NCBI GenBank assembly: GCA_963832205.1
Contig: CAWHTK010000003.1
Span: forward strand, 54,764-118,763
Length of the DNA: 64,000 nucleotides
Direction: 5' to 3'
DNA from: Blastocatellia bacterium
GTDB taxonomy: Bacteria; Acidobacteriota; Blastocatellia; UBA7656
Position numbers and translations under genes: made by a program. Under the pieces are notes generated by a model, which saw only the letters and a list, made by a program, of their open reading frames with translations, ran no database searches and was not told where the DNA came from. Positions 11,501 to 19,984 of the stretch are shown one piece after another. Numbering within the stretch: position 1 is the first letter of the stretch; every line of letters begins with the position of its first letter.

Positions 11501-11795
11501 GGCGGTCGAGGCTATTCTTGGCGCAATGCGCGGCGGGTCGGTGGCCGTAAGAAAGAAAGCGATTGGCGCGCTGTCGCGGATTGCGGACCTTCGGGCGATT
11601 GACGCGCTGGTCGGCTCGCTCGCCGATCCGAACGAGGAGGTTCGTCAGGCGGCTGCTTCCGGGCTCGGAGAGATGGGCGACGCCAGGGTTCTACCCAGGC
11701 TGGAGGATGTCGCGGACAAGGACGCAAGCCCGGATGTCCGCGCCGCCGCCGTCCAGGCCGTTGAAAGAATAAGGCTCAGGGCCAAGAGGCCCTGA
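8594..11795 (+). CDS. Large HEAT/PBS-lyase repeat protein with N-terminal signal peptide (one frameshift near 11390)
   Basis: More than 20 LxDxxxxVRxxAAxALGxL repeats. They continue in ORF 11433..11795 after a frame change. Hydrophobic N-terminus ending VAA-Q. Confidence 0.88.
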
Positions 11796-11839
11796 TGGTC
11801 TCATAATCTTTAAGGCCACGTATTCTCGCTGAAGCTATT

Positions 11840-12375
11840 ATGGTAAAACTCATATCGAAACATCTGATCTTATTTTTGGTCCTGGCGTGGCTGACCGGGT
11901 GTGGTGGAGGCAATGCCTCGGAGACCGGACCCGCCGCCACACCCAACTCGAATAACGCGGAACCCGCTCAGGCCCAGAACCCGTCAAACGAAAATCGCAA
12001 TGCGGGGACCGCGCCTGTTGGCAAACGAATAGCGGGTTTATATACTCTCGGCGAGGTCCATAAAGGCGGCGTCGTCACGATGATCACCCCCGAGCTAAAG
12101 ACCGTACTTGGACTGACGCCGGACGGGAGCTACGTGCGGATAGCCACGAAGGGCGGGCAGATGTACCGTCGCGATTCGGGAGTCATATAGCATCGAAGAG
12201 CCGGATAAACTTGTGCTGGTGATTCAGACGTTCGACGGAAAAAGGGGTACATAATCCCCCGACCAGAAAGCCGCTCTCATTTACGCTTTCGGAAGACGGC
12301 AACGAACTCAGGTTGAGAAACGAGGATGGGAGCATAGGCGTATTCCGCAGGAACCAGGAAGCAGTCAAGAAGTGA
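11840..12375 (+). CDS. Putative lipoprotein (frameshifted)
   Basis: Lipobox LTGC after a hydrophobic stretch, then a P/N/A-rich tether. Plausible beta-rich sequence continues in other frames to TGA at 12375. Confidence 0.65.
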
Positions 12376-12550
12376 CCGCGATCATCGTATTACATTTTAA
12401 TTCGCGTCGCGCGTAGAATGGATTTAGACTTTGCGACAAGGTGAGGTTGGGGTATTATTTCGAATAGCCGTCGATCCCCTCAAGTGCGAGGTGGGGAGTT
12501 GGTTGTAATCTGATGCTCGATAGCCGTATCGTTTACCGGGAGATTTAGAA

Positions 12551-13012
12551 ATGCGCGCCTATGATAGTATAAAGGCGGAGCGAGGGCGCGAAGCCACTTT
12601 AGAGACACCCGATTTCCTGGATCAGGCCCGTCAGTTACTTTCCAGAAACATTCCCGTAGAACTAAGAATGAGCGGCAGCAGCATGCGTCCGACTATCGAG
12701 GACGGGGATGTTATCACCATAGAACCGATCAGCGACGCGCCGGTAAAACAGGGCGACATTGTCCTGTACCATAGCCGCTTCGACACGGCGGTCATCCACC
12801 GCGTTGTCCGAATGGAGCGCACGCAGACAGAGCGCTCGGTATTGACTCGCGGCGACGCCTCCGCGCAAAACGACGTTCCGGTCCCGATTCATCGCGTGCT
12901 CGGGCGCGTAAAACTGATCGAGCGCGCCGGCGAGCAGATAAAAATGGTCCGCCCAAAAAAGAGCCTGATCAACCAGTTCTCCGTCTGGCTCCAGCGATTC
13001 AAATTCTGGTAA
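12551..13012 (+). CDS. S24/S26-family peptidase (signal peptidase I-like)
   Basis: GSSMRPTIEDGD, GDIV, IHRVV and TRGD boxes. Confidence 0.85.
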   Translation: MRAYDSIKAERGREATLETPDFLDQARQLLSRNIPVELRMSGSSMRPTIEDGDVITIEPISDAPVKQGDIVLYHSRFDTAVIHRVVRMERTQTERSVLTRGDASAQNDVPVPIHRVLGRVKLIERAGEQIKMVRPKKSLINQFSVWLQRFKFW

Positions 13013-13017
13013 TCGAT

Positions 13018-13892
13018 CTAAACCAGACCCGCGATTATCAGGGCGATCAGATACCGCCCCGAGCGCAATTCTATAACCCACGAAAAGGTAAGTCGTATGC
13101 CGCTGGAGAAACCTCAGCAGGAATGCGATTGAGGCATAGCCGGAGACCGCCGCGGCGAGCGCCGCAATGATGATCTGGGCCCACCCAATCTGTATAGCCG
13201 CGCCCGCCGACTCTTGAACAGCGCGCACGGCCTCGGGCAGCTCAAGCAGGCCGCTTGCGGCAATCGCGGGGATTGAGAGAAGAAACGAGAACCTTGCAGC
13301 GGCCTCGCGGTTCAACCCGGCGAAGAGCCCGCCTGTGATCGTGGTCCCCGACCGGGAAGAGCCCGGGATAAGGGCAAAGACCTGGGCGACGCCGACCGTT
13401 ATCGCGTCCGAAACCCGCAGGTCTTCCATACCTCTTTTCTGTCGCCCCGTCACCTCTGCGATGGTCAGGATGATCGCGAGCCCGATCAAGCTGCCGGCGA
13501 TTACTCGCAGGTCCTTCGTGAGCGAGCCCTCAATTACGTCCTTCAGTAGCAGCCCGACGATCGCGATCGGTATTGTGCCGATGATGATGAGCCAGCCTAA
13601 TTTCGCGTAGCTTTGTTGCTCTCCGGTCAAGGCGTCTTTTTTGTAAGTATGCGAGGTTGGAAGAGACGAAACCGGTGATGATCTTTATGATGTCCGTCCA
13701 AAAAAAGGCGATCACGGCGACAAGGGTGCCGAGTTGAATGACGGCGATAAACGCGGTCCACTGTTGCGGGTTATTGGGGTCGATGAGGCCGAAAGCCCTG
13801 CCGGCAATTGTCAGGTGCGCCGTGCTGCTTATGGGGATGAACTCGGTAAGGCCCTGAATGATCCCGAGGAGTACCGCCTGAAGAATTGACAT
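13018..13892 (-). CDS. uppP: Undecaprenyl-diphosphatase (frameshifted near 13630 and 13050)
   Basis: QGLTEFIPISSTAHL, IQLGT, LIPGSSRSGTTI, AARFSFLLSIP and YRI motifs split across ORFs 13530..13892 and 12662..13630. Confidence 0.93.
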
Positions 13893-13981
13893 TATTGAGT
13901 GAGTCTCCCATGCTTTCAGTTTTCGGCAGGCGAACGATAGTATAGAGCGTCACCGCGAGTGTCAACAGCGAGGGTAAACCG

Positions 13982-14179
13982 ATGAGCGATACTGAAAAGA
14001 GGGGATTAAAGATATTCCTTGAGTTCTGGTTGTTAATCGGGCTGCTAGCCGGGTTCAACTTCTACATGTATTACCGCAGCGGCCGGACAATGTTCCTGGC
14101 GGTCGCGATACTCTGTGTAGCGGGGTTCGTAGGCTGGGCACTTTTTTACCTCCTGTATGTGCGCAGGGCGGGGAAGTGA
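13982..14179 (+). CDS. Small two-TM membrane protein
   Basis: 65 aa with two hydrophobic helices. RBS-like gaggg upstream. Confidence 0.6.
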   Translation: MSDTEKRGLKIFLEFWLLIGLLAGFNFYMYYRSGRTMFLAVAILCVAGFVGWALFYLLYVRRAGK

Positions 14180-14201
14180 CGCGTGAAAATCGAGAGCGAA
14201 G

Positions 14202-14231
14202 TTGACAGTTTTGGAAGCGATTGTTTAAGAT
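14202..14231 (+). promoter_or_regulatory. sigma70-type promoter of tRNA-Phe
   Basis: TTGACA-N18-TAAGAT about 40 bp upstream of the tRNA. Confidence 0.6.
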
Positions 14232-14269
14232 GACATCTTGACTTTGAGAGGTAGAAAGTCAACCGTAGT

Positions 14270-14345
<76 letters not shown>

Positions 14346-14434
14346 AAATTCCCCAATAAACTGCACTCTTTTAGCCATCCGCAAAGGATGGCTTTCCTAT
14401 CTACTTACACCTCAACTTACACCAAGGCCCGCCT

Positions 14435-14686
14435 ATGAACGTCTCGTTAAACCGCGCAACTATCAACGCCTTTGTTGACGCTTTTGGTGAAGACTCCGCG
14501 GACTGGCAGAACCACTACCTCAGAGTCGAGACAGAGAAAATGCGTGTTGCCGGAAAGAGCGTTACCGCACTCTACCTGATCCCTGAAGGCTACGAGAAGA
14601 TGGATGACGAGAACGGTTACGCAATCATCGTTAAAGAGGGAACTGCGGCATCCTCCGGTGAAGAACTAGAAGACACTCAATTCTAA
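14435..14686 (+). CDS. Phage-like hypothetical protein, possibly a fragment of an ssDNA-binding protein
   Basis: LNRATINAFVDAFGEDSADW core and an acidic tail ending in Phe (EELEDTQF). TAATG coupling to the next ORF. Confidence 0.55.
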   Translation: MNVSLNRATINAFVDAFGEDSADWQNHYLRVETEKMRVAGKSVTALYLIPEGYEKMDDENGYAIIVKEGTAASSGEELEDTQF

Positions 14687-15012
14687 TGACCCTCAGAGAA
14701 AAGGTACTACAACTACAAAAGGAGGTAGGCAATGCCAAGACGCTACAGCCCGAGCGTGCGGCTGAAATCCTGGTAGAGCTTACCTCCTTACTGGGAGTAG
14801 TGAACGATGAAATCAGGAAACGAGACGTAGAGTACAACGTCAAACTTCTTGAGTGTTTCGAGAAGGAGGAGAAAGCAAACCGGGCAAAGATACTGGCCAA
14901 GACTTCACCGGAGTATGTAGCCAAACGAGAGGCTAGAGACACACGAGAACTGATGATCGAACTTATAAGGTCGCTTAAATACTTCCTCAAAGCCGAGCGT
15001 TACGATCCCTAG
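14686..15012 (+). CDS. Phage-like helical hypothetical protein
   Basis: 108-aa charged coiled-coil protein, translationally coupled to the upstream ORF. Confidence 0.6.
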   Translation: MTLREKVLQLQKEVGNAKTLQPERAAEILVELTSLLGVVNDEIRKRDVEYNVKLLECFEKEEKANRAKILAKTSPEYVAKREARDTRELMIELIRSLKYFLKAERYDP

Positions 15013-15016
15013 CTTG

Positions 15017-15226
15017 TCACTCCCGGCCCAAACAACCTTCTATGCACGCATCGTAGTTGTTATCGCAAAGCAATGCATGGTGATTATTGCCACCTGCGCT
15101 TCTCAAACATTGAACATATTGCTGCTGGCACGCCTGAGCACAGGATTGAGATTGAGTTGGCGATTCAGCGGCAAACAGGAGCGCACCAGTAAGCAGCATA
15201 AGCAATCCGATTCTTAGACGTTGCAT
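15017..15226 (-). CDS. Small secreted six-cysteine protein
   Basis: RBS aggaggt. Signal peptide MQRLRIGLLMLLTGALLFAA. Mature region CX3CX6C-X13-CX6CX3C. Confidence 0.7.
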   Translation of the reverse strand: MQRLRIGLLMLLTGALLFAAESPTQSQSCAQACQQQYVQCLRSAGGNNHHALLCDNNYDACIEGCLGRE

Positions 15227-15295
15227 ATAATACGTACCTCCTGGCCGCAAATTCTAACACAGCCCAGTCGAGAACCATCTACTAGCTAGACGTAG

Positions 15296-15596
15296 CTATT
15301 CAAATTCGACATATGCGCCCTTTTCAAATCTTAGGTCATCCTTCGCTGCCCCCCTAATTGTATCCTGTAAAAACCTACTAATGTTTGGGCTTAACCTTTT
15401 AGCCAATTCGTCCATAACGGATATGATCTGAAGGTCCTGTGCCAAACTCGGTTCTACAGCAAATTTTGCATATACAGGATCAGGGTCAAGCTTAATGTCA
15501 ATCTTCGGCAGTGAAAGAGGCTCACATTCATTCTCCTACTTTGGCTCGGCGGCGGCTGGTGGCTGGGTCGTTTACCCGACAAAGTTTCACAATCAT
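15296..15596 (-). pseudogene. Frameshifted hypothetical protein (~100 aa)
   Basis: RBS aaaggag then ATG. Protein-like segments in shifting frames (PKIDIKLDPDPVYAKFAVEPSLAQDLQIISVMDELAKK ... RFEKGAYVEFE*). Confidence 0.4.
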
Positions 15597-15785
15597 AATA
15601 TTTCTCCTTTGTAATAATAACCTCATCTATACAGACGCAGTTATGCCGAATAACTTTTGCAGATGTTAAGTGGTTGACATTCCACGAAGGCGAGGAGTGT
15701 CTGGTGATACTGAACTTTTTGAATACAGCAGTTCAGAAACACGTCTCTAACCACCTCTAAAACAGTTGTCCATCCCTCTTTTGCA

Positions 15786-15802
15786 TTGGCACCCTACTTG
15801 CA
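15786..15802 (+). promoter_or_regulatory. sigma54 -24/-12 promoter of the microviridin-type precursor
   Basis: TTGGCAC-CCTAC-TTGCA is a full consensus match, 48 bp upstream of the ATG at 15851. Confidence 0.8.
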
Positions 15803-15850
15803 TATTTATGTTATTGAAATCGCAATGATGCGGTGGATAAGGAGGTTAAT

Positions 15851-16036
15851 ATGAGTACCCAAAATAAAACACCGGACAAGGAGCAGCCATTCTTTGCTAG
15901 ATACCTAGAGGGACAAATGTTCCCTGACGTGAAAACAGGCATCAAAGCCGGTCACACATCCCAAAAATCCTCTGATAATGATGAGGTCCCTACGACCCTG
16001 AAGTTCCCTTCAGATTCTGAGGATGCAGGACGGTAG
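15851..16036 (+). CDS. Microviridin/marinostatin-family (graspetide) RiPP precursor peptide, 61 aa
   Basis: RBS aaggagg. Leader motif PFFARYL (canonical PFFARFL) and C-terminal core TLKFPSDSED (canonical TxKYPSDxEE). Confidence 0.9.
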   Translation: MSTQNKTPDKEQPFFARYLEGQMFPDVKTGIKAGHTSQKSSDNDEVPTTLKFPSDSEDAGR

Positions 16037-16052
16037 CTAACAAAACTTAGAT

Positions 16053-16072
16053 AGGGGGGAGTATTCCCCCCT
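16053..16072 (+). terminator. Hairpin after the precursor gene
   Basis: agggggga-gtat-tcccccct inverted repeat. Confidence 0.5.
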
Positions 16073-16162
16073 TACTCCCTATCACCCTACCACCAATTTG
16101 TCAAAAAGTAATTGACACTACATTAAGAACACATACTATCTTTGCCGCAAGGAGGAAAAATT

Positions 16163-16356
16163 ATGAGAAACGAAAAACGAGCTACCAAATTATACATTAG
16201 ATTCATATGAGGGACAGGAATTTCCTCAAGCTAGTGAAGACAAATGGTAAAGGCCGGAGGGAGCAACAACTCATCATCGACCCCTAGATAATCGAGTGGG
16301 AAGACCCTTGAAGTACTCCGATGTGATGAGGGAATCTACGGTCAAGGATAGGCTGA
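16163..16356 (+). pseudogene. Second, indel-corrupted microviridin-type precursor paralogue
   Basis: RBS aaggagg then ATG. Collinear fragments RF..EGQEFPQ, VKTN, KAGG and LKYSD..DEG in shifting frames. 3' end approximate. Confidence 0.65.
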
Positions 16357-17127
16357 ACATAAAGACTAAAGGGAAGGCGCGGAGGCCGTCAAAATGGCGG
16401 CGCTTCCTAATATCCCTCAATGAATGACGAGCTTATAAGGGAAAAAACTATCCTTCCGATGGATGATGAAGGAGTCTAGGACAGCGCAAAAAGAAAGCCG
16501 ACAACTGAGGTTTCTTTCAGCACGTCATGTGTAAAATACAGGAATTGGAGTGACAGCATTTGCGTGAGCAGATCAGAATAGTAAATATTGGCGATTAGCG
16601 CGACTGAGGTTATCAATATACACAACTAAGGTCTTTTGCCCCAGCACCAGTTTGCTAAAAAGAAAAGGAGAGAAAGTATATGTCTAGAAGAGGTTAAGCA
16701 AGTAAAGGCAAGAATACAGGGAAGGGAGGTGGACACAGCATTGAATGATTCACGATGAAGAGTCACTTCTTGACTATGGAACAAAGACTCAAGAAGTACT
16801 CTACTACTCATTAGCAAGCTGAACATCATTGTGCTAATATGAGCTCAAGAATGGTAGCAGGAAATAATTGACATTGCTGTGAAGCAGATATTATCTTTGC
16901 GCCCTGGAGGTAACAAAATGGATACAGAAAGCAAAAAGCGAAGAAGCCTGATTAAAGAAAAGATTAAGGTTGGGATGCTTTGGGGGAATACACTGCTAAG
17001 TTCAGATGGGTGGCACTTTATACAAGTCTCATGGAGCTTAGAAGAGCGAATCGAAAATTCAGATTTTGCTGCAATTACTGATGAGAGCAGCGAAGATAAA
17101 TGTCTCTGGAGGAGAAGGAGATCAACG

Positions 17128-18441
17128 ATGATTGAGTTACTAACTCAATAATTCAAGAGCTTCACTTGCGAAAGGCCAGAGTGGTCTCTGTTGATAATCA
17201 TTGGGTGTGGGGCGATTCAGGCTGGGTTTTGAGCCCCTCCACCATCTCCTTAGGCGGATTGAGCCTGATCATCGGAACGAATGCCAGTGGAAAGAGCAAC
17301 ATTCGTAGAAGGACTACGATTCATCCAAGGAATTTAGCGAAGCGAGAAAGGCAATTCATTTGCTAGATTTCTTGAAGGCAGGAGTTTCCCAATATAGGAA
17401 AGGAATAGTAAAAGGCGGACTGAGTGCGGTAACTCACAAGTGGCACCTCTGAAACAAGTTAGTATTGTCGTGCGGACCAAACTAGCTAATGAAGAAGGGG
17501 GAGGCAAAGAGAACTACACTATCACTGTAAAAGTGGGAGACAAAGCGCGAGCTCACAAGATCATTTATGAGTAACTTAAACGGACGAGACGAGATAAAGA
17601 ATAATTAAGATGAAAAGACCGCTCGGGCCTGGACAGGTAGATGTGTACATTAGAAGAAAGACTGCGATAAAGACTCTCGGCCCTGCCTTGACCTGACGAA
17701 GAGACCAGCCTGCTATTACACAACTTCAAGATCATCGCGAGTGTTTAGAGGACGTCCGAAAGGACTGCAGGGCCTTTCTCCGTACCATCTCTTCCGTCCG
17801 GTCCTCAATCTCGACCGCGATACGATTGGGCGACCAGCGATACCTGGTCAGACCACCTAGGCGATAAGGACGAGTATCTTCATCAGTGCTCAAACAGTTT
17901 GTGACGATGCTTCGGCATAGGATTTGCTTATCGAATGTATAAGGGAACTGACTCCGCTAGACGTAGCGGACTTGAACGTCCCAGAGGTTAGCTATAGGGC
18001 AGAGCCAACGCAGTTGGTCGAACAGGTCCGACGCGATTATCTGCCTAAAGAGTGAGCGTATGGCACGCACAGGTAAACAGGCTTTTGACGATTCTGTTCT
18101 AGGAACCAACCCTGCTCGATGCTACTTCTTCGGAAGAAATCGAAAACGGGATTCATCACAAGCGCGCAAACCTACTGATGAACATGTGGCAGACGTCACT
18201 GGCAGTGGGGACATACAGATTGTAGGTACCACGCAACCGTCCGCGTTGGTAAAATATCTGGATGAGCAATGCTGAAGGAAGAATCGCTAGCTATCGGCTG
18301 GGCCAGTTAGGTCAGAAAATCCGCACCTTCAGATATTAAGGCTCTATCGCAGATCCAGTTAGGAACTCGTGCTGGTGACCTCTTGGGTTCAGGGTGGTTT
18401 GAAGATGTAGTGGCGTTTCTTGATGCAGAGAATGTGCAATG
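17128..18441 (+). pseudogene. ABC/AAA_21-type ATPase, heavily corrupted
   Basis: RBS aaggag. NFKSF-like start, Walker A IGTNASGKSNI (17271), Walker B FF-EEIENGIH (~18126-18157), H-loop-like QIVGTT. Many indels and stops; 3' end approximate. Confidence 0.75.
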
Positions 18442-19008
18442 AGCTTCAACGTGTTGGTTATTACAGAAGACTTCACGAAGGATGAACAGATTTTTAAGCC
18501 GTTAGCGGAGCATATCTTCAAGATTGAGGTAGAAGTGCAAAGGTACCGGTGTGCAGGAATGAATGCTTACAAGGTAAACAAACAGCGTTGAATATAGGCG
18601 CACTCCGAGAAGTAATAGCACTTTACAGATGGTACACCTTTTTGTTCTCTTTGTGGATAGAGACGGAATAGCCGGGCGTAAGCAGCGGACTGATGAGATC
18701 GAGGAAGCACTCTCTAATGAAGTGAAGCAAGAGCGAGCTTTCGGGCCGAAGTCGCCTGGCAGAAATAGCGGTTTTTATTCTCGCTGGATTGAATTCCCAC
18801 CGATTGGAGATGGAAAGATATACGCGCAGACGACAATGTCAAAGACACTTTCTTCAAGCAACTTGTCAGGATACCGTGGAACGCTAGGCTCCGAATGAGG
18901 GAAGCAGAGAGACTGATGACAATCTAGTTCTAACTGGCAGCGAATTAAGTCGCGTTGTCCTGTAGCGGTATTGACACTTATTTCGAACGATTGAATACGC
19001 TGAATAGT
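18439..19008 (+). pseudogene. TOPRIM-like partner of the ATPase, corrupted
   Basis: MSFNVLVITEDFTKDEQIFKPL (acidic residue after the first strand) and LFVLFVDRDG (DxD). 3' end approximate. Confidence 0.6.
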
Positions 19009-19192
19009 AGGAGAAAGTGCCCTATAGAGGAGCTTATCCAGTAAACAGAATTATGACAGGGTCTGGTGTGTCAAGGGACTGAACCAGGATAACTTAAACG
19101 TGCCCGCGCTAAGAAATTTGGTGGTTCCGCAAAGCTTAACACTTGAGGGAAATAGCTGCACATTGCTAAGATGCATATGCGAAACCAGCTGT

Positions 19193-19234
19193 AAAATCCG
19201 CGTGTCGGCGGTTCGATTCCGTCCCTGGCCACCA
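19193..19234 (+). repeat. attR-like duplication of the tRNA-Phe 3' end
   Basis: aaaatccgcgtgtcggcggttcgattccgtccctggccacca, identical to 14304-14345. Confidence 0.95.
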
Positions 19235-19355
19235 TATCAAATTCAGAATCTACGGATTTTAGTGCTATCAGCATTCCAACGCCAATAATCTCACACGGCC
19301 ACGCGCCTCTGTCTAGATATTTCAGGCTCTCAGACACTTCATATTTTCAAGAAAG

Positions 19356-19900
19356 TTATGGGAATAAATAATCAACCGGAATGGACCATCCAGGCACAGC
19401 TTGGCCGGCATCCGCAGTTTCACCGCGATGGAAAACAGTTGGATTTTCCGTGTCGTTGACATGGTAGGCTCTGATTACATCGGGACTCTGCATATCCACA
19501 TCCCAGATACATCGTGTCCCAGCCGCAAAATAGTCACGACGCTTTTCGGCCATCTCTCGCTCGGCTATTGGCCCATAATCGCCTTCGCTTCTTACTTCAA
19601 CCGCAAAGACCGGCGCACCTTCTAAGAATTTCATGCCTGTGGGCTGTCCGGTGTGCCAGGCCGCATCCGGGCTGAATGATTGCCGGTTGGGAAGATTGAC
19701 TCTGAAGCCAACATTGTCACCTATAGCGTGGCCGCTTTGTGTTCCTGCTCGGGTGTGATCAAGCTAAAGAGAATTCGTGATGCTGCATAGCCGGGCAAAT
19801 ATCCAGTCGGCGGCATCTGTTTAATCTCTCCGTTGACAAGCTCTGCCTTGCCCCTGACGCGATACAAATCTTCGATGGTTGCTTTGTGCGTCGTGGTCAT
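19356..19900 (-). CDS. Uma2-family (PD-(D/E)XK) endonuclease-like protein, frameshifted near 19760
   Basis: KAELVNGEI, FSPDAAW, APVFAVEVRS and KRRDYFAAG motifs. Confidence 0.85.
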
Positions 19901-19984
19901 AGCGGACTCATCATATCACAAATGCCAGGCTACGATCTGTGTGGCGTGTCGGTAAGACATCAAGTGCGGACAGGTCTTATGATC

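Noticed and set aside
16380-17120. Remnants of microviridin ATP-grasp ligases downstream of the precursors
   Set aside because: No MvdC/MvdD-like motifs could be read in any frame, and the interval is too short for two ligases of about 330 aa.
19193-19234. Second tRNA-Phe gene
   Set aside because: Only the 3' 42 nt are present, with no D-arm or 5' acceptor strand. It is an att duplication.
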